Origin: Polyangiales bacterium | GTDB lineage: Bacteria > Myxococcota_A > Polyangia > Polyangiales > Polyangiaceae | Length of the DNA stretch: 53,746 nucleotides | Assembly: GCA_038230375.1 (NCBI GenBank) | Contig: JBBRNJ010000063.1 | Coordinates: forward strand, 1 to 53,746 | Direction of reading: 5' to 3' | Part shown: piece after piece, positions 18,336 through 28,129 of the stretch | How positions within the stretch are numbered: position 1 is the stretch's first letter | Layout: every line of letters starts with the position of its first letter | Translations under genes and position numbers: made by a program | Notes under the pieces: model-generated | What the model was told of the DNA's origin: nothing | Database searches by the model: none | The model's input: the letters and a program-made list of their open reading frames with translations, nothing else

Positions 18336-20189
18336 TCACTTCTTTGCGTCGCGCCGCTCTTCGAGGTGCGCCCAGCGCTCGGTCAGACGCGCGGCCTCCG
18401 TCTTCGCTGCTTCGAATGCCGCATGGAGCCGGGGCGCCTCCTTTGCGCGCGTCGTGTAGAGCATGGGGTCGGACACCTCGGCTTCCAGCCGCTTCACGTC
18501 CGCGTCAGCGGCGTCGATCTTCTCCATGATGGCGTCGAGCTCGATCCGCTCCGCGTACGTCAGCGGCTTCTTCACCGGGCTCCCATCGCTATTGGCACCG
18601 CTGCCAACGGCGCCCGTGGGGGCCTTGGCCTCTTGCCGCTTCGCCCTGGCCTCCTCTGACCGCACGCGCGCTGCTTCATCCTTGATGTCGCGGTAGTGGC
18701 TGAAGTTGCCCTGGTACAGCGTCGCCTTTGCGTCCGCCTCGAAGGCCAGGATTCCCGTCGCGACGCGATCGAGGAACCAGCGATCGTGTGACACCACGAT
18801 CGCGGCGCCCGGCCAGCTCTCCAGCATGTCCTCCAGCGCGCCCAGGGTCGCCACGTCGAGATCGTTCGTGGGCTCGTCCAGCAGGATCAGGTTCGCGCCC
18901 TGCGTGAGCACCTTCGCAAGCGTCACCCGTGCGCGCTCGCCGCCGGACAGCGAACCCACCTTCTGCATCTGCTTGTGTGCGTCGAAGAGGAAGCGCTCCA
19001 GGTACGAGCGCACCTCCACGGTCTCCTCGCCAAACTTCACCACGCCCGCGCCCGTGCGGTGCGCGCCCTCGCGATCCACCACGTTCTCCAGGATGGTCCA
19101 TTCGTCCTTGAGCACGCTGCGGCCCTGATCGAGCACGGCGATCTTCGTCTGCGTGCCCCGCACCACCTCACCCGAGAGCGGAGCGAGCTCGCCCGTGATG
19201 GCCTTGAGCAGCGTGGTCTTCCCTGCGCCGTTCGGCCCCACGATGCCGATGCGCTCACCGCCGCGCAGGTGCAACGTCAACCCCGTGAGCAGCGTGCGCC
19301 CGCCCATCGCGAGCGAGAGATCGTGCAGCTCCAGGACCGTGCGCCCCAGGCGCGGCGCCGAGACGGAGGACAGCTCCAGCACCTCGCGCGCGTCGGGTCC
19401 ACCCACGGCGATGAGCGCCTCCGCGCGCTGGATGCGTGCCTTCTGCTTCGTGGTCCGCGCCTTGGCGCCCCGCAGCAGCCACGCCTTCTCGCGTCGCAGC
19501 AGGTTTTGCCGATTGCTCTCCACGCGCTCCTCTTGCGCGTCGCGCACGGCGCGCTGCTCCAGGTAGTCGCCGTACGAGCCCTGGTACTCGTAGAGCTTCC
19601 CGCCCGAGAGCTCGATGATGCGATCGCACACGGTGTCGAGCACGTACCTGTCGTGCGTCACCATCAGCACCGCGCCGCGGAAAGAGGACATGAGGTACTG
19701 CTCGAGCCACTCGATCGTGTCCGCATCCAGGTGGTTCGTGGGCTCGTCCAGGATCGCAAGATCCGGCTTGGCTGCAAGGATCTGAGCGAGCGCCACGCGA
19801 CGCTTCTCGCCGCCGCTCATCTCGGAGATGTTCTTGTCCTTGTCGGCGATACCCAGCCGCTCCAGCATCTCCGCGGCGAGATAGGTGCGCGCGTTGTCGT
19901 CCAGGTTCTCCTCGTGCTCGGCCTCGCGGACGATCTGGAGCGCGGTCTTGTCGGAGGGAAAAACGGGCTCCTGCGACAGGTAGAGGATGCGCGCGCCGCG
20001 CCGACGTTCGACGGCCCCGTGGTCCGCGGGCTCGATCCCGGCGAGCACCTTGAGGAAGGTCGACTTACCAGTGCCGTTGATGCCCAGGAGCCCCACCTTC
20101 TCGCCGCGGCGGACGGTGAGCTCGATGCCGGAGAACAACGTCTGCGGACCGTAGGCTTTCTCGAGATCGCGCGCGGAGAGGACGGGCAT
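18336..20189 (-). CDS. uup: ABC-F ATPase, Uup-like, with C-terminal coiled coil
   Basis: Tandem ABC domains, WLLRGAKARTTKQKARI linker, KKPLTYAERIEL C-terminal domain; real start is MPVLSARDL at 20189. Confidence 0.85.
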   Translation of the reverse strand: MPVLSARDLEKAYGPQTLFSGIELTVRRGEKVGLLGINGTGKSTFLKVLAGIEPADHGAVERRRGARILYLSQEPVFPSDKTALQIVREAEHEENLDDNARTYLAAEMLERLGIADKDKNISEMSGGEKRRVALAQILAAKPDLAILDEPTNHLDADTIEWLEQYLMSSFRGAVLMVTHDRYVLDTVCDRIIELSGGKLYEYQGSYGDYLEQRAVRDAQEERVESNRQNLLRREKAWLLRGAKARTTKQKARIQRAEALIAVGGPDAREVLELSSVSAPRLGRTVLELHDLSLAMGGRTLLTGLTLHLRGGERIGIVGPNGAGKTTLLKAITGELAPLSGEVVRGTQTKIAVLDQGRSVLKDEWTILENVVDREGAHRTGAGVVKFGEETVEVRSYLERFLFDAHKQMQKVGSLSGGERARVTLAKVLTQGANLILLDEPTNDLDVATLGALEDMLESWPGAAIVVSHDRWFLDRVATGILAFEADAKATLYQGNFSHYRDIKDEAARVRSEEARAKRQEAKAPTGAVGSGANSDGSPVKKPLTYAERIELDAIMEKIDAADADVKRLEAEVSDPMLYTTRAKEAPRLHAAFEAAKTEAARLTERWAHLEERRDAKK

Positions 20190-20275
20190 CGCGCGGCGTT
20201 CTACCATACGAGCACCGCTGCGGGAGCTTCGTGGCCACGCCACCGCAGCCTTGTCGCTCGAGTGACCCGGCCGAC

Positions 20276-21802
20276 CTACGAGAGCAGCTCCGCGAAGCGC
20301 TCGCCCATCATCAGCGTAGGGAAGTGCGTGTTCGAGCTGGGGATCGTGGGCATCGCGCTCGCGTCGCACACGTGGACACCGGACACGCCACGAACAGCGC
20401 CGCGCTCGTCCGCGGCTGCCGTGGGATCCCCATCGGCTCCCATGGGCACTGTTCCGGACGGGTGATAGCCGGAGCCGCACATCTGCATGGGTGCGTGACG
20501 GAACTCGCCGTCCTTGGTCCAAGGTGAGGACGACGGCCAGATCGGCCGCGCGAGCGCCGTCACTGCCTTCGTATTGGCAAGTCTGCCAATATGAAAGAAC
20601 GCCTCTCTGGCCATGCGCAGGTCGTCCGCGTTCGAGAGCAGCGCGGTCTCCAGGATGGGTGCATCCTGCACGAGTCCGCTCGTGAAGCGAATGCGACCCA
20701 CGCCCCGCGGCTTCCCCACGCACGCGGACAGCGTCACCCATGGCACCGGGTACCCGGGCAGCGGGACAAACGAGCCGGGCTGCAGCTGCATGTCGTTCGG
20801 ACAGTCGCTGCCCGTAGACGTATAGCGGCACACCGTCTGGATGAGCGGGTGGTCGAGCCGCGCCATTCCCTCCTGGTGCGGCTTCAGGAACACCGCAACG
20901 CCGGGATGATCGTAGAGCTTTGCTGCCACGCCTGGGACCTCCGCCACGAGCGTGGCGCCAACGCGCGCAACGTCGGCCGAGGCGCCCACGCCAGAGCGGA
21001 GCAGGATGCCTGGGCTGCCGATCGCGCCACCTGCGAGCACCACGCGATCGGCGACGATCTCGAAGACGCGGCCGTGGCGCACCGCAACGATTCCCTGCGC
21101 GCGCTTGTTCACGAACCGCACGCTGTGGACCGTGGTGTCCGGAACAATGCGCAGGTTCGGCCGCGCGCGAACACGCTTCGTCAGGTAGCAGCGCGCGGCT
21201 CCCATCCGCTCGCCATCGACCTTGTTCATGGCGTGCGGGCCTGCGCCGGTCGTGGTGGGGTCGTTCGTGTCGGCGCATTTCTCGTAGCCGAGCTCCGCGC
21301 AGGCCTCCAGGAACGCGGCCTGCCACGTCACGAGCTCGCTCGGCGTGTGGCGCCGCACGGGGATCGGCCCGTCCTGGCCGTGCCATTCGTTCTGCACGTC
21401 CAGATCGTTCTCCAGGCGCTTGAACGCCGGAAGGCACTTGTCCCAGCTCCATGCCGACAGGCCCAGGTGCTTCCACTCGTCGTAGTCGAACGGCTGCCCA
21501 CGGAGCGCTATGCACGTGTTGACGGCCGACGAGCCACCCACCACGCGTCCGCGCGGGAACGGCATCTTGATCGCGCCCCACAGCCGGTGCTCTACCGCGC
21601 GGTACGAGAACCCCCAGTCGTGAGCCTTCATTGAGTTCTGGCGGCCATCGCGGAGATCGCGCGGCAGCTTCTCGATGTCGTCCGCGGAGTCCGGATAGTC
21701 AGGACCCGCGTCCACGAGCGTCACCTCGTGCGCGGCGCTCTCCGACAAGCGCGCAGCGATCACCGCGCCAGCGGCGCCAGCTCCTACGACCACCGTGTGC
21801 AC
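20276..21802 (-). CDS. GMC family oxidoreductase
   Basis: GAGAAG, GRVVGGSSAVN, GAIGSPGILLRSG, YHPSGT and PSSNT motifs; GTG start. Confidence 0.93.
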   Translation of the reverse strand: MHTVVVGAGAAGAVIAARLSESAAHEVTLVDAGPDYPDSADDIEKLPRDLRDGRQNSMKAHDWGFSYRAVEHRLWGAIKMPFPRGRVVGGSSAVNTCIALRGQPFDYDEWKHLGLSAWSWDKCLPAFKRLENDLDVQNEWHGQDGPIPVRRHTPSELVTWQAAFLEACAELGYEKCADTNDPTTTGAGPHAMNKVDGERMGAARCYLTKRVRARPNLRIVPDTTVHSVRFVNKRAQGIVAVRHGRVFEIVADRVVLAGGAIGSPGILLRSGVGASADVARVGATLVAEVPGVAAKLYDHPGVAVFLKPHQEGMARLDHPLIQTVCRYTSTGSDCPNDMQLQPGSFVPLPGYPVPWVTLSACVGKPRGVGRIRFTSGLVQDAPILETALLSNADDLRMAREAFFHIGRLANTKAVTALARPIWPSSSPWTKDGEFRHAPMQMCGSGYHPSGTVPMGADGDPTAAADERGAVRGVSGVHVCDASAMPTIPSSNTHFPTLMMGERFAELLS

Positions 21803-21859
21803 GGCCCCCGACGTACCATACTTCTTCCCTCCCGAGAGGCGTCCGCTACGCTTCCCGGC

Positions 21860-22282
21860 ATGCGATTCCTCCACACCATGCTGCGCGTAGCGGACCTTGA
21901 CGCGTCCCTCGACTTCTTCCAGAAGCTCGGCCTCCACGAGCTCCGGCGACGCGAGAGCGAGCAGGGGCGCTTCACCCTGGTGTTCCTGGGGAGCAAGGAC
22001 GAGGGCGACACAGCCGAGGTGGAGCTCACCCACAACTGGGATGAGAAGGCGCCCTACCCCACCGGCCGCTTCTTCGGGCACCTCGCCTACGCCGTGGACG
22101 ACATATATGCACTATGCACGCACCTCGAGGCAAGCGGCATCACGGTGCTGCGGCCGCCGCGGGACGGGCGGATGGCCTTCGTGAAATCACCGGATGGGCA
22201 CTCCGTCGAGCTGCTCCAGAAGGGTGACGCGCTGCCCCCAAGCGAGCCGTGGGCGTCGCGACCGAGCCAGGGAGAGTGGTAG
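21860..22282 (+). CDS. gloA: Lactoylglutathione lyase (glyoxalase I)
   Basis: MRFLHTMLRV..FTLVFL..ELTHNW..FGHLAY..PDGHSVEL. Confidence 0.9.
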   Translation: MRFLHTMLRVADLDASLDFFQKLGLHELRRRESEQGRFTLVFLGSKDEGDTAEVELTHNWDEKAPYPTGRFFGHLAYAVDDIYALCTHLEASGITVLRPPRDGRMAFVKSPDGHSVELLQKGDALPPSEPWASRPSQGEW

Positions 22283-23553
22283 CGAAGCGCGCGGGAGCGG
22301 CCCTGCTGCTAGGTCTGGTGGCTGCGTGCTCGAGAAGGCCAGACCCACTCCCCGCGACCACCTCGACCCCGACCTCGACGTCGACCTCGACCTCGACATC
22401 GACTCCGACCTCGACCTCGACCTCGACCTCGACCTCGACCTCGACCTCGACCTCGACCTCGACCCCGACCTCGACCCCGACCTTCACCTCGACCTTCGCC
22501 TTGAACACGCGTCGCGTTCCGATGGACTCCCTCGCTGCGCTCTACGCGGCACAGGACGCCGGAATGAAGGGGACCGTCATCGTCGCGAACGCGGTGAAAT
22601 GCCCCGAAATCCCTGCTTCGACGGGCGATAGCACCCTGTTCGTCGCGACGGGCAAGCTCGCTCCACTACAGGTCTCGATCGACGCATTCATCACGCGCGA
22701 GGACATGGGCGCGGCGGAGGCGGTCGCGGCGTTCGGCCGTCCCGTGATGTGCAATCAGGCCGAGTCGTCCGGCTACATGGACATCTTTCTCGCGCCTCGC
22801 AGCGCCGACGTGCGGAGCGTTTATCTCGAGACCCATGACGGCGACCTCATCGGCATCGTCATGGAGTACGAGAAGCCGGTCACGGTCGACGTCACCGAGC
22901 TCTCCCGGAAGTACGGTGCTGCGAAGAGGTTTCCCGCGCCGATGGACTCCCACGAAGCCGGCGGCGACTCGTTCTCGACGCACACCGCCGCGTTCTCCGG
23001 GCAGCTGATGTTTTCACACCGTGATTCCCGTGATCCCGAGTCGGCCCGCCAGGTGCACCAGATCATCTTCAGGCGAAGCGCGATGGTCGAGATCCTGCCG
23101 GACATATTTCGCACGGCGGACGACCTCGCTCGCCTCATCGCGCTGGCGCTGCGCCCGCGGGCTCCAGAGCCTGTCGGGTTCTACGGGACGCTCGGCGTGT
23201 ACGACAAGACAACCGGAGACCACATTGCGTTCCTGGAGGCAGCCACCATGAGGAACGTGGCGACCGCTTCCATCGAAAAGGTCACCCGCGAAGGCCGAGA
23301 TTTCCTGACCTCCGTGCGCGTCACGTTCGCGGCCCCGATCCCGGCCAACGGAACGGAGCTCTTGAACAAGGTGGCTGCGCATCTGCACGTGCCACCCGCC
23401 AAGGTCACGACCGAAGGCGGACGGACGCGGCTCGACGTGGTCGACGCGCGCGGAAAAGCGCTGGGGACGGTCCTCCTTGGCGGCTCCCCCACCACGGCAA
23501 CCGCTGCGGTGGGCCAGAGCATCACGACCATGGAGATCACCCGGGCGCGCTGA
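22276..23553 (+). CDS. Hypothetical lipoprotein with Thr/Ser-repeat linker
   Basis: VAAC lipobox, then (TS)n, then a globular region; GTG start overlaps the gloA end. Confidence 0.7.
   Translation: MVAKRAGAALLLGLVAACSRRPDPLPATTSTPTSTSTSTSTSTPTSTSTSTSTSTSTSTSTSTPTSTPTFTSTFALNTRRVPMDSLAALYAAQDAGMKGTVIVANAVKCPEIPASTGDSTLFVATGKLAPLQVSIDAFITREDMGAAEAVAAFGRPVMCNQAESSGYMDIFLAPRSADVRSVYLETHDGDLIGIVMEYEKPVTVDVTELSRKYGAAKRFPAPMDSHEAGGDSFSTHTAAFSGQLMFSHRDSRDPESARQVHQIIFRRSAMVEILPDIFRTADDLARLIALALRPRAPEPVGFYGTLGVYDKTTGDHIAFLEAATMRNVATASIEKVTREGRDFLTSVRVTFAAPIPANGTELLNKVAAHLHVPPAKVTTEGGRTRLDVVDARGKALGTVLLGGSPTTATAAVGQSITTMEITRAR
22360..22497. repeat. (ACCTCG)n microsatellite, over 20 units, encoding TSTSTS
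   Basis: Read directly from the sequence. Confidence 0.95.
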
Positions 23554-23629
23554 GTGCACCCACAGAACTGCCGTATTTTCACGCCTCCCACGAGGTGACA
23601 ATCGGCCGACATCTGCTAGGTTGCCGCGG

Positions 23630-25384
23630 ATGAGGAAGCTTGGTTTGGCCACGGTCGCCGTGGTGGGCGTGTGGGGACTGGTCGTCGCGTGCGGCGGAAA
23701 CGACAAGACCAGCGGGTTCGACACCCCGACTGACACGGGCGACAGCGGGCCCACTGGCATCTTCGACGAAGCAGGCAACCCCATCGGCCTCGGCGGTGAG
23801 GGCGGCGCTGGCGACGGCGGACTTCCCCTTGGCGAGACGCGCGATCCGAAGGACTGCACCGAAGCCAAGACGTCGCACTCGTACGTCGGCTGCGACTACT
23901 GGCCCACCGTGACGGCGAACAGCGTGTGGTCAATCTTCGACTTCGCGGTCGTCGTCTCCAACGCGGGAACCGCGGCCGCAGACATCACCGTCACCGGCGG
24001 GGCGCTGGGCGGGCCGAAGACAGCCACGGTTCAGCCGGGCGCGCTCGCGACGATCTATCTCCCGTGGGTGCCCGAGCTGAAGGGCCCGGACGGCGACGAA
24101 TGCGGCACGGCCCCGGGCTTGCCGGCATCCGTCGTGAAGGCGGGCGGCGCGTATCACCTGGTCAGCACCAGCCCCGTCATCGTCTACCAGTTCAACGCAC
24201 TGGAATACAAAGGCGCGGGCGGTGAAGGCAGCGGCGATGCCGGCGTGGATGGCGGCGGCAAGGACTGGTCGTCGTGCCCGGGCAGCGCGAAGAAGTGCGC
24301 GTCGCAAGGCAACATGGCCATCGGCTGCTTCTCGTTCACGAACGACGCCTCGCTGCTCCTGCCGAGCACCGCGATGACAGCGAACTACCGCGTCATCGGG
24401 CACCAGGGCTGGACGGAGCAAGGCATCCTGCCGCCGCCGTTCGGAACCCCGACGGACATCATGGGCGCGTTCCTCAGCGTGACGGCGACCGCGGACGCCA
24501 CGAACGTCACGATGACTCTCGGGAGCGCCGCGAAGGTGATCGCCGGTGGAAGCATCACGGCGACAACGGGCGGGAAGCTCACGTTCACGCTCGCGAAGGC
24601 CGGCGATGTCGCAGAGGTCATCACCGACAAGGGCGACAAGTACGACTTCTCCGGTTCGCTCGTCCAGGCGGACAAGCCAATCCAGGTCATCTCCGGTATG
24701 CCGTGCATCAACGTGCCGGAAGGCACCGGCGCGTGCGATCACATCGAGGAGAGCGTCATCCCCGCGGAGACCCTTGGCAACCACTACGTCGTGACCATGC
24801 CCGACAAACCGGGCGGCGGAATCGGCAAGGGCGTCGTTCGCTTCTATGGCAACCAGGACGGCACCACGCTCACGTACAACCCGAGCGCGCCCGCTGGCTG
24901 CCCGACCACGCTGAAGGCGGGTCAGGTCGGCGAGTGCAAGATCGGAAGCGCGGACTTCGAGGTCACTGGCGACAAGGAGTTCGCCACCGCGATCTTCACC
25001 CCCGGCGCCGGCGCCTACAAGACAGCCGCTGGCGATCCCGACCAGTCGATCTTCCCCGCTGTCGCGCAGTACCGCACCAAGTACCTGTTCCTCGCGCCGG
25101 TCGATTACACCGAGAACTACGCCGACATCGTCGGCACGAGCAACGCTGCGCCCGTCCTTGACGGCAAGGCGGTCGCTGCCACGTGGACGAAGATCGCGAA
25201 CGGTCCATTCGGCGTGTGGCGCGTGAAGCTCGACACGGGCGCGAACAAAGACGGCGCGCACACCCTCACGTCGATGAGCCCCGTTGGCCTGCAGATCATG
25301 GGCTACGGCGACTACACCAGCTACATGTACCCGGGCGGTCTGAACCTGAACCTGATCTCCGCGCCGCCTCCGCCGCCGAAGTAG
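23630..25384 (+). CDS. IgGFc-binding-domain lipoprotein
   Basis: VACG lipobox; SYVGCDYWPT, YQFNAL, NDASLLLPS, DKPIQVISG, CDHIEE, GYGDYTSYMYPGG. Confidence 0.88.
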   Translation: MRKLGLATVAVVGVWGLVVACGGNDKTSGFDTPTDTGDSGPTGIFDEAGNPIGLGGEGGAGDGGLPLGETRDPKDCTEAKTSHSYVGCDYWPTVTANSVWSIFDFAVVVSNAGTAAADITVTGGALGGPKTATVQPGALATIYLPWVPELKGPDGDECGTAPGLPASVVKAGGAYHLVSTSPVIVYQFNALEYKGAGGEGSGDAGVDGGGKDWSSCPGSAKKCASQGNMAIGCFSFTNDASLLLPSTAMTANYRVIGHQGWTEQGILPPPFGTPTDIMGAFLSVTATADATNVTMTLGSAAKVIAGGSITATTGGKLTFTLAKAGDVAEVITDKGDKYDFSGSLVQADKPIQVISGMPCINVPEGTGACDHIEESVIPAETLGNHYVVTMPDKPGGGIGKGVVRFYGNQDGTTLTYNPSAPAGCPTTLKAGQVGECKIGSADFEVTGDKEFATAIFTPGAGAYKTAAGDPDQSIFPAVAQYRTKYLFLAPVDYTENYADIVGTSNAAPVLDGKAVAATWTKIANGPFGVWRVKLDTGANKDGAHTLTSMSPVGLQIMGYGDYTSYMYPGGLNLNLISAPPPPPK

Positions 25385-25388
25385 CCGC

Positions 25389-27122
25389 GTGCCCAATCTC
25401 TTCGCGATGTCGTTCGAGGGGGAGCTCGCTCCCTCGTTCGATCTCCTGTGCCTTCACGAGGGGCAGAAGCAGCTGCCGGATGGCTGGGGTATTGGCTACT
25501 ACCCAGGCGGTGAGCCGAGCGCGCCGGTGCTGAAGGAGGCCGCGCCCCCGGAGGGCAGCATCCGCAGCGAGCTCATCAAGGCATGGGAGCACCTGGACTC
25601 CTCGCTCTTCGTGCTGCACATCCGCAAGGCGACGTGGGGTCGCAACTCCGACGCGAACACGCAGCCGTTCAAGCGCACGTTCGGCGGACGTGACTGGCTC
25701 ATGGCGCACGGCGGCTCGCTGCGGCGGCGCTTCAACCTGTCGGCGCCAAACTTGTTCGAGCCCGTCGGCGGCACCGACAGCGAGCTCGTCTTCTGCGAGC
25801 TCTTGAACCGCGCGGTGACGTACGGAAAGCGGAGCCTTGGCGACATCCCCGCCGAGACACTGCGTCAGTGGCTCGGCGAGATCAACGATCACGGAAGCCT
25901 GTCGCTCGTGATGACCGACGGCCGTGATCTTCTCGTGTATCGCGACAAGCTCGGCGAGACCGATCTCCACATCTGGCAGGTGCTTCCGCCGTACACGGAG
26001 CTCGGTCTCCGCGACGACGACCTCGATGTGGACCTCACGAAACGCGACGTGAAGCCGCGCAAGGGCGTGATCGTCGCGTCGAACGCCCTCCAGGGTCGCG
26101 GTGTCTCGCCACAGTTCCGCCTGCTGGACCCGGGTGAGCTGGTCGTGGTGCGCCAGGGCGCGATCACGTCGGAGCTGCGCGATCCGCTGCGACCCACCAC
26201 GAATCGCCCCGAGAGCGTGACGCGTATTCCGGTCGCGCGTCCCCGGCAGACGGAGCCCCACACCTTCGACGTTGTACACAAGACCATGTACAGGTACGCG
26301 AAGCCCGTGGAGCGGAGCACGCATCTGTTCCGCCTGGAGCCGTTCCACGACAGGTTGCAGAACCTGATGTCCCACGAGCTCACGGTGTCGGTGGACGGCG
26401 CGTCACGCGACTACGAGGACGTGTTCGGCAATCGATGCCGGCGCGTCCGGCTGGAGCGGCCCTTCACGGAGCTCCTGATCACGGCGCGCTCGCGCGTGCA
26501 GGTCGTGGACGTGAATCCGTTTCGCGAAGGTCACGTCCGTGAGCGCGCCACCATCCCGCTCACATGGATGCCGTGGCAGCACCACATGCTGCAGCCGTAC
26601 CTCTTGCCGCAAGAGCTGCCCGAGAGCGAGCTACGTGAGCTCTGGGAATACGCGATGAGCTTCGTGGAGCGCAGCGACTACGATCTCCTCGACACGCTGC
26701 TCGACATGAACTCGAGCATCTTCAAGGAGTACGCGTACAAGCCCGGCACCACCACGCTCGCGACCACCCCGTTCGAGGTCTACACCGCACGGCGCGGCGT
26801 CTGTCAGGACTTCTCGAACCTCTTCATCTGCCTCGCGCGCCTGCTGGGGCTGCCCGCGCGCTACGTGTGTGGCTACGTCTTCACCGGCCCGAAGCATGTG
26901 AATCAGCGCATGGGAGAGGCCACGCACGCATGGGTGCAGGTCTACATTCCGGAGCTAGGCTGGCGCGGCTTCGACCCCACGAACGGAACCGTCACGCAGA
27001 CCGAGCACGTGCGAACGGCGGTGGGACGCAACTTCATCGACGCGGCGCCGACATCGGGGACCATCTACATCGGCGGAGCGGGAGAGACCCTCGAGGTCGA
27101 TGTGAGGGTCGATCCGGTCTAG
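25389..27122 (+). CDS. Fusion of a class II glutamine amidotransferase-like (YafJ/EgtC-type Ntn) domain and a bacterial transglutaminase-like domain
   Basis: DGWGIGYY, HIRKAT, NTQPF and GTDSE; then VVHKTMYRY..DVFGN (Bact_transglu_N) and the GVCQDF / HAWVQV / FDPTN triad. Confidence 0.92.
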   Translation: MPNLFAMSFEGELAPSFDLLCLHEGQKQLPDGWGIGYYPGGEPSAPVLKEAAPPEGSIRSELIKAWEHLDSSLFVLHIRKATWGRNSDANTQPFKRTFGGRDWLMAHGGSLRRRFNLSAPNLFEPVGGTDSELVFCELLNRAVTYGKRSLGDIPAETLRQWLGEINDHGSLSLVMTDGRDLLVYRDKLGETDLHIWQVLPPYTELGLRDDDLDVDLTKRDVKPRKGVIVASNALQGRGVSPQFRLLDPGELVVVRQGAITSELRDPLRPTTNRPESVTRIPVARPRQTEPHTFDVVHKTMYRYAKPVERSTHLFRLEPFHDRLQNLMSHELTVSVDGASRDYEDVFGNRCRRVRLERPFTELLITARSRVQVVDVNPFREGHVRERATIPLTWMPWQHHMLQPYLLPQELPESELRELWEYAMSFVERSDYDLLDTLLDMNSSIFKEYAYKPGTTTLATTPFEVYTARRGVCQDFSNLFICLARLLGLPARYVCGYVFTGPKHVNQRMGEATHAWVQVYIPELGWRGFDPTNGTVTQTEHVRTAVGRNFIDAAPTSGTIYIGGAGETLEVDVRVDPV

Positions 27123-28129
27123 CCGCGCGTCTGGGTCTGGAGCTGGGAGCGGGGAGCGGGATCGTCCAGATCCAGCTCGGACGGGGATGGGCCCAGCGCG
27201 AAGAACGTGTCGTAGATGGCCGTGGTCACCTTGCTCAGGCGCACCTGCAGCATGTCGATGGTCTCGTGCACGCCCTGGGCGACGATCTCGTCGGAGGCCG
27301 TGTAGGAGAGCTCTGCGTTCAACTTGCCGAGCTCACGTTCTGCGGCGGTGGTCCACGTGCCGAGCTCGTTGCCCGTGATCGCGTGCAGCGAGCTCTCCGC
27401 GTTGCTCGTGCAGTAGCGGACGGAGCGCGGGAAACGCCTGGAAAGAAGCAGGAACGCGATCACCTTGTCCGGCGTGATGTTGCCGTGTCGCTTGCGGTAC
27501 ATCTCGAACGAGCTCGTGCTGCGAAGGAGCGCGGCCCACTGCACCTCGTCCACGGGGCTTCCCACCAGCTGCGGGGACGGCAACAGGATGTAGTACTTCA
27601 CGTCCACGATGCGCGACGTCATGTCCGCGCGCTCGATGAGGCGCCCGAGACGACCGAAGTGCCACGCTTCGTTGTGCGTCATGGTCAGGTAGTTGATACC
27701 CACGAACAGATGCGAGGCCTGCTTCACTGCCGTGAAAAAATCGTGCGGGGACTCCATGGCCATTCCGGAGCGCGCAGCGTCCGTCACCATCAGGTACGCG
27801 GCGTTGATCTGCTCCCACATCTCGGAGGAGATGATCTCCCGGATGCCGCGCGCGTTGTCGCGTGCACGCGTGAAGCACGAGAGGATCGAGTTGGGCGTCT
27901 CCGGATCAAAGGTGAGGAAGCGAAGGACGTTGTCGCGTGTGGCGTCGCTGAAGCGCTCCTTGAAGGCCGTGGTGTCGCCCGTCGTCTCGACGAGCGGCGC
28001 CCACTGCTCGAACGGTTCGCCGCCGTCCAGCGTGAGGTGCAGGTTCACGTCCACGAAGCGCGCGACGTTCTCCGCGCGCTCGATATAGCGGCTCATCCAG
28101 TACATCGCGTCAGCGACGCGGCTCAGCAT
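27119..28129 (-). CDS. Alpha-E domain protein (DUF403)
   Basis: [50 protein letters not shown]. Confidence 0.95.
   Translation of the reverse strand: MLSRVADAMYWMSRYIERAENVARFVDVNLHLTLDGGEPFEQWAPLVETTGDTTAFKERFSDATRDNVLRFLTFDPETPNSILSCFTRARDNARGIREIISSEMWEQINAAYLMVTDAARSGMAMESPHDFFTAVKQASHLFVGINYLTMTHNEAWHFGRLGRLIERADMTSRIVDVKYYILLPSPQLVGSPVDEVQWAALLRSTSSFEMYRKRHGNITPDKVIAFLLLSRRFPRSVRYCTSNAESSLHAITGNELGTWTTAAERELGKLNAELSYTASDEIVAQGVHETIDMLQVRLSKVTTAIYDTFFALGPSPSELDLDDPAPRSQLQTQTRG

Noticed and set aside
18336..21581. 1081-aa ORF suggesting a large N-terminal extension on the ABC-F protein
   Set aside because: The extension is Arg/Ala-rich off-frame sequence overlapping the GMC oxidoreductase. 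The real start is MPVLSARDL at 20189.
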